Made by a program: the position numbers and the translations under genes. Below the pieces are notes generated by a model. That model had not been told where the DNA came from, did not search any database, and saw nothing but the letters and a program-made list of their open reading frames with translations. A stretch of DNA of 64,000 bases from assembly GCA_964016885.1 (NCBI GenBank), contig OZ024743.1, positions 369,086,001 to 369,150,000 of the forward strand, in the 5' to 3' direction. This DNA comes from Eledone cirrhosa (taxonomy: Eukaryota). Below are positions 11,920 to 25,245 of this stretch, piece by piece. Position 1 is the stretch's first letter; every line of letters begins with the position of its first letter.

Positions 11920-13403
11920 AACTGGTGGGCTCTTAGAAAACTAGGAGTAAATGAATGGCTTGTGAAAGCTGTCCAAGCCATGTATAGGGGCACAGTCAGC
12001 AAAGTTAGGGTTAACATTGACTATAGCGAGGAATTTAGCATACAGGTCTGTGTCCACCAGGGCTCTGTTCTTAGCCCTCTCCTGTTTATTATAGTATTGC
12101 AGGCTATAACAGAGGAATTTAAGACTGGATGCCCATGGGAACTTCTGTATGCGGATGATCTCACACTTATAGCCGAATCTATGTTGGAATTAGAGAAGAA
12201 ATTCCAAACATGGAAACAGGGACTAGAAAGAAAGGGTCTCAAAGTCAATCTGACAAAGACTAAGGTCCTCGTATGTAGACAAGAAAACAGAACCCAGATT
12301 CCCTCAGGGAAATGGCCATGCTCAGTATGTAGGAAACGTGTAAGTAAGAATTCCGTCCTCTGCCCCGAATGCAAACAATGGGTACACAAGAGATGTAGTA
12401 TGATCTCAGAAAGCTTAGCTAAGAATGTAGGCTTTACATCTAGCAGCTGCACCGGGACAGCAAGCAGCAAACAGCCACAGGAAACAAGCACCACCAAACT
12501 CTGGGAGGGCTCTGTAGAAACAGTAGACAGCTTTTGCTACCTATGTGACCGGATTAGCAGCAGAGGTGGGTGTTCTGAAAGTACAGTAACCAGGGTAAGA
12601 TCACGGGATGGAAGAAGCTACTGTAACTGCTAGTTGCAAGGCTTTTGCCTCAAAATGAAAAGTAGACTGTATGATTGCATACGAACAGCAATTTTACATG
12701 GTAGTGAGACCTCGGCGTTGTGTGCAGAACACTTGCGTAGATTAGAAAAAAAATGAAGCTTGCATGCTCCGATGGATGTGTAATAGTAATATACAAGAAC
12801 GGCAGAGCATAAACAAATTGAGAGAGAGACTGAGCATAAGAGGAATCAAATGTTGTGTGCAGGAGAGGAGGTTGCGCTGTTATGGACATGTCATGTGTAT
12901 GAAGAATGACAGCTGCATAAAAGGTGCAGAGCACTAGAAGTCGATGGAAGTGGGGAGGCCCAAGAAGATCTGGGATGAGGTGATAAAAGCCGACCTTACC
13001 CAACTGTACCTCTCAAAGGCGATGACACAGGACCCAGACCTCTGGCGTCACGCAGTAGTACAGAAGACCTGACTTCCCACGGGTACAAGCTGAAGCTGAA
13101 GCATATAGACAATATGCCCCCGCTCCCTCCCACTGCAAAGTGGTCATGGAGGTGCCACAGCAAAAAAGCACCGAGCTCACACTGTAAAGTGGACGTGTAG
13201 GCGCCACAGGAAAAAAGCCCCCAGCACTCACTGTAAATGAGGTTGGTGTTAGGAAAGGCATTCAGCTGTAGAAATCAAGCCAAAATTAGTTCCCATATGA
13301 GCAAGACAAGGTCAGCCGACCGGACACTGCCCACAACAGGACAACCCGTCTAACCCATGATAGTGTGGAAGAATGGATGTAAACCAGTGATGATGATGAT
13401 GAT
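11920..13403 (+). mobile_element. 5'-truncated, mutated RTE LINE (same family as 7043-10680)
   Basis: [21 protein letters not shown]-like CSVC..CPEC..HKRC; long 3' UTR and (GAT)n tail. Confidence 0.9.
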
Positions 13404-13534
13404 ATCTTATTAACTTATATATATATATTTCCCCATGCTTTTTCCCCACAGTCTCAAGTTCCCATTCCACACCATGAAGTGGTCCCTCTGGAGCCACAAC
13501 AAATGACCCAGCCTTCACTATATACTGATCATGT

Positions 13535-13749
13535 ATGTGTCAAGACAAAAGTACCCAGTCTACGCTGTAAAGTGGTCATGTGTGTGTCACAACAAAAAGC
13601 ACCCAGAACACATTGTAAATGTGGTTGACGTAAGTAAGGGCATCCAGCCATAGAAACCAATCCTCCAACCTGATCTTTCACAAAGGGACAGCCCATCCTA
13701 CCCATGTTAGCATGGAAAAAGGACATTAAATGATGATGATGATGATGAT
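13535..13749 (+). mobile_element. RTE-tail SINE/3'UTR fragment
   Basis: ctgtaaagtggtc..aagggcatccagccatagaaacc..catgttagcatggaaaaaggacattaaa(TGA)n. Confidence 0.75.
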
Positions 13750-13762
13750 AATATATATATAT

Positions 13763-14667
13763 ATAAATGGAAAAAATGAAACGAAATTTCATTTCTCACT
13801 CTTAGTACAGCTGTTACTTAAATATAAGTATGTATACGTACATACATATATGTATACAGACGTACAGTAGTATGTATATATATACATACATGCACACATA
13901 TATATATATGTATGTATGAATTTACCGAACATTTATTATAATGTTCGGTTTGTTTGTAAACAAACATCACGAATTAAGCCGTACAGTGTTTAGCAACCAT
14001 CGTTGCCCTTTTGTTCAACACTGACAAAGGAACGATGTACTAGTTTCAAGCTTATTAGCTATCATCAGCACCATATACCTTCCTGCCAGATGATTGAACG
14101 TCTGAAAGTATATACTTTCCTTATGCATATTAACGGCTGAGCAGCCTAATTTGCATATCGAGTTAGTTAATCGGCTGGGCGCACTGGAAACGATAAATGG
14201 AAAAAAAGAAACAAATTTCATTTCTCACTCTTAGTACGGCTGTTACTTAAATATAAGTATGTATACGTACATACATATATGTATAACAGACGTACAGTAG
14301 TATGTATATATATACATACATGCACACATATATATATGTATGTATGGATTTACCGAACATTTATTATAATGTTTGGTTTGTTTGTAAACAAACATCCCGA
14401 ATTAAGCCGTACAGTGTTTAGCAACCATCTTTGCCCTTTTGTTCAAACTAGTACATTGTTCCTTTGTCAGTGTTGAACAAAAGGGCAACGATGGTTGCTA
14501 AACACTGTACGGCTTAATTCGGGATGTTTGTTTACAAACAAACTGAACATTATAATAAATGTTCGGTAAATCCATACGTACATATATATATGTGTATATG
14601 TATGTATATATATACATACTACCGTACGTCTGTATACATATATGTATGTACGTATACATACTTATAT
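13763..14667 (-). mobile_element. non-autonomous hammerhead-bearing element: 430-bp monomer, partial tandem copy and inverted copy (Penelope pseudo-LTR/retrozyme architecture)
   Basis: 13763-14192 is repeated at 14193-14446; 14445-14667 is the inverted copy of about 13822-14046; (TA)n on both flanks. Confidence 0.8.
14032..14074 (-). ncRNA. minimal type I hammerhead ribozyme
   Basis: ATGGTG-CTGATGA-TAGCTAATAAGCTT-GAAA-CTAG-TA-CATCGT: stem I 6 bp (2 G-U), stem II AGCT/AGCT, palindromic CTAG stem III, GUA cleavage triplet. Confidence 0.85.
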
Positions 14668-14699
14668 ATATATATATACATTAAATTACAGTCTACTTC

Positions 14700-14920
14700 T
14701 TTTTTTTAGCTGCTTGTATTCGCGATCATATTCTTTCGGTCATTACCCAAGAATTAGGACCATAGGTGAGTGTAGGCACGAATACTGAACTAAAGCTACC
14801 TCCCTTCTTCTGATGTCCAAAAGTTGAAGCCCCTGTGATTTTTGCACTTAATTCAGCCTCTTGCCTGCCTTCCATCACTCATGAAAACGGCCCCAAGATA
14901 CTTTAACTTCACCAGACTTA
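14700..14920 (-). mobile_element. degenerate Expander-like RTE fragment
   Basis: Minus strand VKLKYLGAVFMSDGRQARG, then VFVPTLTYG; related fragments at about 32900-33290 and 50280-50620. Confidence 0.55.
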
Positions 14921-15996
14921 TCTTTCCAGTTAATATTCATATGTATTACATGGCCACAACACTTATTCTAATATTTCCATACCAATTTTTTTTTTTCTCT
15001 AATACAATATGGAGGAAGGAACATTGGCAGTTTCTGCTTCCCAATGGTATTAGAAGCAGTTTCCTATCTAATTTTCCATACACTCATGAATTGAAAATAT
15101 ATTTTGTTTCATGAAGCTTTTATTTTTTTTTTATTTTTTTATTTTAGCTTTTATTTTTGTAGTTTATGGCTAGGCACTTTTCTTGGCACCAACTACTGTG
15201 ACTATTTGGGTATGTGCCAGTGAAAGAGTCTCTCTGTGATCACTCAACCTGCTAGAAATAGCAACTAAATCTATCTCATACTATATTTTATTATCTTAGA
15301 AATAAAAGGGCACTTTTAACAACGTTGTCATGTCTGATTGGTCATGACTGGAAAGGCTTTTAGTAAAAAATCTCATCAATTTAATTGGGCTGGATATATT
15401 CATGTTATCAGCTTCAATGATGTTGACTTTGTTCTCTGTATTTTAAAGGCCCTCACTAAATTATATATTGGTTGTATGTTGGAAAGATTTGCTGTTTAAG
15501 TGGGTTCCATTCAGCAAGGTTTTGTAAGTTTTTGTTATTCTTATATCTGTATCCATTCTTTCATGAAAAAAAAAGAATATGAAAAAAATATAGCCTCTAT
15601 AGAGAATGAAATGGGTAAAAAGACAATGTAATATAAGATGAGAGAAGGTTGGAAAAGTGATGTAAAGTACCAAAATAGATTAAGAGAATTCTTAATATTC
15701 GTTTACAGATGGAATAATGCAATGAATGAAGTCGTATAATATTTGGTTTAAATTCCATGGAAATATTTAGTAGAACCATAGAAACTAGATAATTTCCTGC
15801 ACATCAGAACTGGCTTTCTAAAATTAGCTATTTCTATTTTTTCCCATATCTTAATCATTAGAACATATCATATATGTTGTTATTGTCAGCACTTTTGGTT
15901 TTGTGTCAACATAACATACAGCTCATTAAAAATGTTGTTAATGATATATTCAGAAACTCAACAACTGTTATAAGCTTGTAAGACATCAATTTCATT

Positions 15997-16069
15997 GATA
16001 GATAGATATGTAGATAGATAGATAGATAGATGGATGGATGGGTAGATAGATAGATAAATAGATAGATAT
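15997..16069. repeat. (GATA)n microsatellite at the 3' junction of Tx1 copy 1
   Basis: Direct reading. Confidence 0.9.
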
Positions 16070-19000
16070 CTTTCTTTATTTGCCACAGGGGCATACAAAA
16101 ATGGGACATTACAAGACGTGACGGCGGGGGTTTTACATAAAAATCATATAACTTTAATATTAATAAATAACAATAAACTATATGTAATAAAATAACAATT
16201 GAAATCCCCAATAGAAGGGAACGTTACTGCAGGGTTGTTTTACACCCCGTGGATAGAACAACCCTCAACACCAGGAACATATTTTGTAGGTGTTCCCGTC
16301 CTCCCTCTGTTTATCTTCCTCAACCTACAGGTTTATATACAGAGAAGGTCCATTCACTCGGGTCATTGTTGCCACATTCACCCACCTTTCAGCGAATTTA
16401 CTGGGGTCTAGCACCTCTCTCTCCACCCTCACCTTCCTTCTGAAGTGATACTTAAAGAAGGGAATGAGTTGTTATCTGGAGAGAAAGGTGTTTGCCCTCA
16501 GTCCTTTTAACCTCGTCCACCACATTACCTCTTTCGCCATAGCCACCAGACAGAAGAAAACCGTCTCTCCTTCGTTCTTAAATGAAGGTGGCGGGTTGAT
16601 CCTCACGATGGACTCGGCTGACAACTGTATGTGTCCCACACCTGACAGTAGCTGTTTGACATAATTCCACAGGTCGGTTACCCCTGGGCACTGAACAATT
16701 GCATGCAGAACAGCTTCGATGTCCTGCTCGCATCTTGGACAGGGCCTTTTGGCAGGATCTCTGTAGATTTTGTCTCGAACTGGTAGAGCTCCTCGGTAGC
16801 ACTGCCAGGCCAGAGACCTCTGGAAGCTATCCATAGGCCCTGGATGGAAAGTCCTCCTGAACAGACTGGTCAGCTCATCCTCCTCGATGTCTAGAGTTTC
16901 CCCGAGAACGTCATCGCACTTATTCTCCACTAATCCCCTATAGAATCTCAAAGTGGAGTCTCCGTGATTGCCGTTTCTGCTTGGTAGAGGGCTGTGAGCG
17001 CCTGAAGGCACTCAAGGTGCCAGGCACCCATTTTCGGTCTTCACTTGACCCAGGACTGCAGCTCTGTTAGTGAGACGAGTTGTGGAAGAGCTAGTCTCAC
17101 AAACGACAGCCACACCGGTTCACCGGTCAGGAATACCTGGAGATGGCATAGCCTCAGTGCGTGTTTGCACATCATCAGCCACGGCTAGCCCAGCCCTCCA
17201 TTGGAAGGGTGTTGACAGTAGATGGATCTCCTCACCAACGGAGCCTGTTTCTTCCAGAGAAACTTGAAGAGTAGGCGTTCCATTTTGGTAAGGTATTCGC
17301 GGGGACAAGGCACGACTGCCAAGCGGTAGTAGATGACAGACACTATGTAAGTGTTCGCTACCTCCACTCGACCTTTCAAGGAGAGCTTGCACTCAGCCCA
17401 CTTCTGGGTGAGTGCAAACACCTTTACTGTGACCTTGTTCCAGTTCTTGCCCTCCTGGAGGTCTGAACCAAACCATACCCCAAGCAATTTCACCGGTCCT
17501 TCCGTCCAGCGTCAACGACACTGTCGGAAGGCATCGGTTTGCCTCTCCATGTCCCGAGTTGCAAACTGACAGACTTGTTTGGGTTTAGTCTTGCTCCTGT
17601 CAATGTTTCGTATTCCTGTAATAGGTTGCCGATTACCCCGATTTCCGAGGTTTTCAACACCATTACGGTTATGTCGTCGGCACAGGCCGACGCTGCTTTC
17701 CGCAGTCCTGGTTCGATCGGGATGCCCTGCAACAGCTCCAACTTCCACAGTAATCGCTCGAGAGTCAGTACTTAGAGAATGGAGGAGAGAGGGCACCCCT
17801 GACAGATGGAACGCATGATTTGGAATGGCTCCGATAGGTAGCCATTCACCTTGACTGCCGAGCAGATGCTGGTGTGCATGGCAGCGATCCAGCCTCTGAA
17901 GACAGGACCAAAGCCGACCGCCTTGAGAACCGCTTCCAAGTATTGATGGTCGACCCTAACAAATGTCTTAGACTGATCTAAATTGATCAGAGCCCCACCG
18001 AAGCCAGGTTTACACCCTACCCTCTCTATGATGTATCACATGAGGTGGAGGTTGTTGTGTATGGACCTAGTTGGGATTGCACATGTTTGCGCTTCCCCTG
18101 CCAGGTTCTCAACGACAAGTGCCAGCCTCATTGGTAACACCTTGGCCAAAATCTTTAACTCTGTGTTGAGCAGAGTTATGGACTTGAAATTTCCTGATCA
18201 GTGTTACTACGCCTCTGGCTACAGAACTGGGAATCCACCTGTTCTGCTGCCAGTTGCAATAGACCGTTTCAAGGATGCCAAAGAAATAGTCTGGCATGCC
18301 TATGTAAAACTCATAGGGTAGACCATCTAAACCGGGTGATTTGTGTTTCCCGCAGTGGCCTAGGGCATCTTCTATTTTGCCCACTGTGATCGGCCTTTCA
18401 CAGCTCTCTGCATCCGTGCTCAAGAGTCGTGGTATGCCGTCAAGGTAGAAACTGAAGTCCATCACCTCGCTTGACGTACTGCTTTGCCCGAACAGTTGTG
18501 CAAAAGGCTGCTGGAGGCCGTACACATCTGCTTGGATTCAAGTAGAATGCGTCCATCTTTGTCTTGCAAAGACCGAATTATGGATTTGTTGCCACTCTTT
18601 GCCTCTGCCACTTGAGCCCAACTAACAGCTTTGGCTCCCTCGTTTCTTAGAGCACGTGTTCTACTTCTGACAATACAACCTTCGTGTTTCACGTTGAAGA
18701 ACTGGTCTAGTGCTGTTCTCGCTGCTAGCACATCATATGTACTGCCCTTCCTAAGTGCCTCTTTTACTTTAGCCACCAGTTGCTTTTCATTTTTTTTTTT
18801 TTTCTAAAGCCACTTCCTTGCTAAATGCTATCGATTCTATTCTAATTTCTCTCTTGAGAGAGATCCACCACCTGTTGTTGCCGATCGCCCCCGTCCACTG
18901 GCACTTAACTAAGTTGCTAATCCGTTTACTGTAGGCCTTACACGCTGGGAGCCACATGTTTAGATTCCAGTATCCGGGTCCCTGTCTATGTATCCTATCA

Positions 19001-21200
19001 AGGTTGACTATGCAGGTAACTAATTTGTGGTCGGAACAGGCAACCATGTACATTTGTGGACAGGTTAATGTTTCCTTATCATTCTGTCTAATTAAAAATC
19101 TATCTAAATACGATCTAGAAGACCCAGTCGGTTGCTCCACGTCCACAGTGGTGCACTTGGGAAGTCTAGTTAGTCGATATCTATCAGCCAGTTGGAATTG
19201 CAAGCTCCTACATAGTCCCAACGGGCATCTAAGGAGTGAGACGTTCCCAGAAATGGCTCCAGACGCTTGAAGAACTCTGGTCGCGATGTCCCAGTCGGGG
19301 AATATACGGCCACCCGTTTGAAAGCTCCACCTTCACTACCATTCACGTCCAGGACCACCAAGGTTGCCCTCCAGGTCCAAGTGAATCGTCTGTACTTTGA
19401 GATCCAAGTTTTTCTGAAACAGAACAGCAACTCCTCCTCCACCTCCTGGCTGACATAGAGATGCGTAGATCTCAAAATCATCGAACATGAGGGTTAGCTG
19501 CTGCTTGTTGTAAATCCTGGACTCGGTGATGGTTATCACATCTATACAGTGTGACCTGAGATCATTTAAAAGCTGGCCCTATTTCCAGGGCATACCCAGA
19601 CCACGTACATTAAAACATCCAACTTGTATAGTCGCCATATTGGTGAAGAAGAGTTAGGGAGAGAAAAGGCAGGAACACTTACCTTTTCGTTTCCTGGGGG
19701 TCGGGTTGTTCGATCTCCATGTCCAGATTGGTGGTGTTTGGGAAGGGAGGGAATTATTTTAGCAGGACACGGTTAAGGGGTTTTTGGCAAGGGGGGGCCC
19801 ACATCATGTGGGAAGTTCCCTTTTAAAGTTTCGTACTGTAGGGTTGTTACCCTGATAAGTTTGAGGTTTGGGGGTGGGTTGTTGGTGGGGAAGGTTTTCC
19901 CTTCCGTTTGTATAGTGGGGTCCTTTCGGACAGTTTCCACCACTTCTTTGTTTCTTGTTTTTATGTATGTGTAACGTGTTTTGTTTTTTATGTGTACTGT
20001 TTCTGTTTGTAGTTTTCTTTTTGTGGTTGGGGCTTGTGATTGTGTGGTGTGGGTGTTTGTTTTGTTAGTGAAGTGTCTGGTTGTGTTTTGGTGTGGTTGT
20101 TGTTTGTGGCGGTATCTTTATGTCAGTGTTGGGTGTGTGCGTGTTTTCTGTTGATGTTTTTGTTGTTGTTGTTTTTTTCTGTGTCTTTTTTGCTTCTTGG
20201 ATTTTTGGGGTTCCTCTTCATCCTCACTTGGAGATGTAGAGGTTCCCGTGTCTGAGGTGTTATCATTGAGGGTAGGTGGGAGGGGTATGTTGTGTGTTGG
20301 TGGAGTGTTTGTGTGTGTGTTTGTGGGAGTGTTGGACAGAGGGGGAAGGGGTGGGACAGAGTCCTTCAGGGGAATTTTTGGTGTGGTGTCTTTTGTAGTT
20401 TGTGATGGTTGGGTGAATGTTGATGGTTTGGGGGTTGTGTTTTTTTGTTTTCGGGTGTGTCTGTTGTAGTTTTGGGGCTGGTAACAACGCCTTCTTTTGT
20501 TTTTCCACATCCAGTATTGGGCAAAATGCTTTTAAATGTGTGTTTTTTCCACATTTGAAACATTGTGGTCTTTTGCCCTCCACTGCGATGTGGACAACAT
20601 GGTTATCATCCACCGGCACCCTTTCCGGTATTTTTCAATCCTCTCCTGTTTAATTTGAACCAAAAGTTCCATTGAGATCTCACTCCAGTTCTGTCGCATT
20701 GGTTTTTTTACGGAAAGGAGGTTGTCTTCACCCTCCTCCAAAAAACCACCCAGGATCCACCAAATGTTGGTGTTCGGTGGGATCTGGGAGATCCTTATTT
20801 TATGGATTCTTCTTCCCATGTATGTTGGGAAGAAGATGTGTTGGCTCGTTCTAATTGGAGCCACCGAATATTTCTGGGCGAGGGCCTCGCTTTTAAAGAG
20901 CACCTAGATGCTCCCGTACTGCTTGGCCCTCTAGGGGTAAGCAATATCTGGCATTGCCTCCTTTAGTGCGGTTTCCACCATGCTATTGCTTAAAGCCATA
21001 GGTTTCTTGGTTTGTGAGCAGATCGTCCGGAAGAAAATTGTTTTTCTTAAGGTTGCAGCCCTAATTTCCGGTGGGGTACTTATTTGAAAGCTGTTACCTT
21101 TGAAAGTTATATGTTGCGCAGCATCCTTTAGGTGCTGTGCTTGGTTTGTCAGATCTATTTCTATAAACTCTGTCTCTTTGGCAAGGCTTTCTGCAAACGT
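16070..21200 (-). mobile_element. Tx1-type (L1 clade) LINE, copy 1, near full length, degenerate
   Basis: ORF1 remnants with CCHC knuckle CFKCGKNTHLKAFC; ORF2 from ATG at 19638 with GCFNVRGLG, YLDRF, SDHKLV, KSPGLDGLPYEFY, ACADD, KLLGVWFG and C-terminal CPRC..H..C; many frameshifts. Confidence 0.9.
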
Positions 21201-21226
21201 TTTTTTTTTAGATAGATAGATAGATA

Positions 21227-24200
21227 TATTTCTTTATTTGCCACAAGGGCGCACAAGAAAAAGGGACAATACAAAGACACGTGCTGGGGATTTTACATAC
21301 ATTCGTGTAAAAATATTGAAACAAACAATTATAACAATCGAAATCCCCAATAGGAGGGAGGCGCCACAGATGGAAAAACCCTCAACTTCAGGAGCGTGTT
21401 GTGCAAGTGCTCCTTTCTTCTTTTTGCTCTCTTCTTTAACCTACAGGCTTATAAACAGAGAAGGCCCAATCACTCGGGCCATTTTCGCTTCATTCACCCA
21501 CCTTTCAGTAAATTTACTGGAGTGCAGTGCCTCTCTCTCCACTCTGATTCTCCTTCTAAAGTGATACTTAAAGAAGGGAATCAATTGTTGTCCGGAGAGA
21601 AAGGCATCTGTCCTCAGTCCACTCAATCTCGTACACCATATAACCTCTTTCATCATAGCCACTGTACAGAGGAAAACCGCCTCTCTTTCTTTTTGAAAGA
21701 GGCTGGCGGTTTGATCCTTACTATGGACTCGGCAGTCAACTGGATTTGTCCCATACACGACAGCAATTGTTCTGCATAGTTCCACAGGTTGCTTACGCCC
21801 GGGCAGTGTACAATTGTGTGCAAGATAGTTTCAATGTCCTGCTCGCATCTTGGACAGTCCTCTTGGAAGGATCCCTGCCGGGGCACCCGTGCCTGTAGAT
21901 CTTATCTCGAATGGGTAGAGCTCCTCGGTAGCACTGCCAGGCCAGGGACCTCTGGAAGTTGTCCATAGGTCCCGGGCGAAGTTGTCCATAGGTCCCGGGC
22001 GGAAAGTCCTACCGAACAGACTGGTGAGCTCGTCGTCTTCGACGCCTAGAGTCTCCCCGAGCACGTCGTCGCACTTGTAATGTACTAACCCTCTATAGAA
22101 TGTCGAAGTGGAGTCTCCACTGATTGCTATGCCCGCTTGACAGAGGACTGTGAGCGCCTGGGCATATTCAATGTGCCAGGCGCCCATTTTCTTCGGTCTT
22201 CGCTTGACCCAGGACTTCAGCTCCGTCAGCGAGACAAATTGTGGGAAGGCCTGTCTCACAAACGGTGCCCACACCGGTTGGTCGGTGAGGAATATCTGGA
22301 GATGCCGTAGCCTCAGCGCATGTTTGCGCATCATTAGCCACGGCATACCCAGCACTCCGTTGGAAGGGTGTTGACAGCAGACGGATCTCCTCGCCAGTGG
22401 AGCCTGCTTCTTCCACAGGAACTGGAAGAGCATGCGTTCCATCTTGGTGAGGTATTCACGGGGACAAGGCACGACAGTCAAGCGGTAGTAGATGATGGAC
22501 GCTATGAAAATGTTCGCCACCTCCGCTCGACCTTTCAAAGACAGTTTGCACTCTGCCCTCTTCTGGGTGAGCGCAAACAAATACCTTGGCCATGACCTCG
22601 TTCCAGTTTTTCTCCACCTGGAGGTCTGGACCGAACCAGACCCCGAGCAATTTCACCGGTCCTTCCGTTCAGCGTCCGACGATGCTGTCAGACAGCATCG
22701 GTTTGTCTCTCTACGTTCCGAGTTGCAAACCGACAGACTTTTCCGGGTTTAGTTTTGCTCCTGTGAACCGTTCGTATTCCTGTAGTAGGTTGCCGATTAC
22801 CTTGATTTCCGAGGTTTTCGACACCATTACTGTCACGTCGTCGGCATAAGCCGACGCCACTTTTCGCAGTCCCGGTTCTAAAGGGAGCCCCTGAAAAAGC
22901 TCCAACTTCCGCAGAAGTGGCTCTAGAATCTATACGTACAGAATGGCGGAGAGAGGGCATCCCTGTCGAATGGAACGCATGATTGCGAACGGCTCCAATA
23001 GGTAGCCGTTCACCTTGAGCTTCGAGCAGATGTTGGTGTGCATCGCCTTGATCCAGCCTCTGAAAACGGGATCGAAACCGGCCGCCTTGAGAATCGCTTC
23101 CAAGTATCGATGGTCGACCCTATCGAATGCCTTAGACTGATCTAAATTGATCAGAGCCCCATCGAAGCCGCGTTTACACCCCACCCTCTCTATGATGTAT
23201 CGCATGAGGTGGAGGTTGTTGTGTATGGACCTGGTCGGGATTGCACACGTTTGCGCTTTCCCTACCAGGTTTTCAACGACAAGCGCCAGCCGCGTTGCTA
23301 GCACCTTGGCCAAAATAATTAACTCTGTGTTGCGCAGAGTTATGGGTTGAAATTGTTTATTTCTTCCCCCTTGTTCTCGTCTTTCCTGATCAGCGTTACT
23401 ATGCCCTTGCCTGCAGAACTGGGAATTGTCCCGTTCTGCTGCCAATTGCAGTAGACGGCTTCGAGGACACCAGAGAACAAGTCTGGCATGCCTATGTAAA
23501 ACTCATAGGGTAGACCATCTAGACCGGGTGATTTGCGTTTCCCGCAGCGGCCCAGAGCATCTCGTATCTCAGTGGCTGTGATCGGTCTTTTGTAGAAATC
23601 GGCGTCCATGCTTGAGAGACGCGGCAGGGCGTCGAGGTATGAACCAAAGTCCATTGCCCCGTTCGGTGCACCGTCGTTCTGCTCAAACAGACGCGCAAAG
23701 TGCCACTGAAAGGCCTTCGTGTTTCGCGTCGAAGAACTAGCACTCTAGCTGCGTTCTCGATGCTAGCACTCTAGCTGCGTTGCCACTCCTAAGCGCCTCT
23801 TCTACCTTGGCTACTAGTTCTGTTTCTGATTTGTTTTTCTCTAAAGCTAATTCTCTGCAAAACCCTATTGATTCTACTCTAATTGCTCTCTTGAGAGAGT
23901 ACCACCATCTATTGTTGACGACGGCTCCCGTCAAATCTTGCTTAACTAATCTACTTATCCGTTCACTGTAGGCTTTTCGTGCCGGCAACAACACGTTCAG
24001 CTTCCAGTATCCGGGTCCTTGTCTATGTATTCTATCACGGTTGACTATGCAGACGACTAGTTTGTGATCTGAATAGGCAACCATGTGCATTTGTGGACAG
24101 CTTAACATCTTCTTGTCCTTCTCTCTAATGAAAAACGTATCTAAATACGATCTAGATGTCCCGCTGCGGTTTCTCTACGTCCACTGTGGTGCAGTCGGGA

Positions 24201-25245
24201 AATTTAGTCGATACTTATCAGCCAGTTGGAATTGGCCGATTAGATTTTTTAGGCTGTTGCACCCCCACCTCTACTGGGACATGCTCCCACATAGTCCCAT
24301 CGTGCATCTAGGGTACCATTCCAGTCCCCCACTAAAAGCAAGGAGCGAGACCTTCCCAGAAAAGACTCTAGACGCTTAAAGAAGTCTGGCCGTGATTGTG
24401 ATTGCCCAGTCTGGGCATAAACAGCCACCAGTCTGAAGGCTCCACCTCCAATACTGTTCACGTCTAGGACTACCAGTCTACCCTCCGGGTCCAAGTGTAC
24501 TTGCTGTACTTCGAGATCCAGGTTTTTCCGAAACATGACAGTCACCCCCCCCCCCCCTCCCTTCCGGCTGACAGAGAGATGCGCAGATCTCAAAGTCATT
24601 GAAGATGGGAGTTAGTTGCTGCCTGTTGTGGGTGGATCCTGGACTCGGTGATGGCTATTACATGTATACCGTGTGACCTAAGGTCGTTTAAAAGTTGGCC
24701 CTGTTTCCAGGGCATCCCTAGGCCATGCACATTCACGCTTCCAACTCGTAAGTCAGCCATGTTGGTGGAGGAGAGTTGGCGAAAAGGACGAAAAGGTGCA
24801 CTTACCTTTTCGTTTCCTGGAGATCGGCTTGTTCAATCTCCATTTCAGTTCTGGTAGGGGTGTTGAGTGAGGTGGGGAAACATTTCAACAGGACACGGTT
24901 TATTGGTTTTTAGCAGGGGTTGCCAACATCCTGTGAAAACTGTTCTGTCTATTTCTGATAGGTTTCTATCGAAACCCTTATTAGTTTAAGGTGTGGTTGA
25001 GAGTCTGCTTTGACAAAAGTTTTCCCCTCAGTTTCTACTTTGGGGTCTTGGGAGATGACCTCCATTAGGTTTTTGTTGTTTGTGTTAATGTATGTGTATT
25101 GTTGTTTTTTTTTTTTTTGTTGTGTTGTTGTTTTGGTTTGTTGTGGCATGTTTGTGAGCATTTGTGTTTGGGGAGGTGTTGGTGTTTGTTTTGGTGGTAA
25201 GGGGGGCGGGCGTTGATTGTGGTGGTGTTCATGTTGTTTGTGTTG
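21227..25245 (-). mobile_element. Tx1-type LINE, copy 2 (5'-truncated in ORF1), degenerate
   Basis: ORF2 from ATG at 24760: GDWNG, SDHKLV, LDQSKAFDRVDH, IRQGCPLS, AYADD; 3' end matches copy 1 (gtggcaaataaagaaa) and abuts (GATA)n at 21209-21226. Confidence 0.9.

Noticed and set aside
14145-14160. Octamer motif ATTTGCAT in the 430-bp element
   Set aside because: A single 8-mer in AT-rich DNA with no supporting promoter context.
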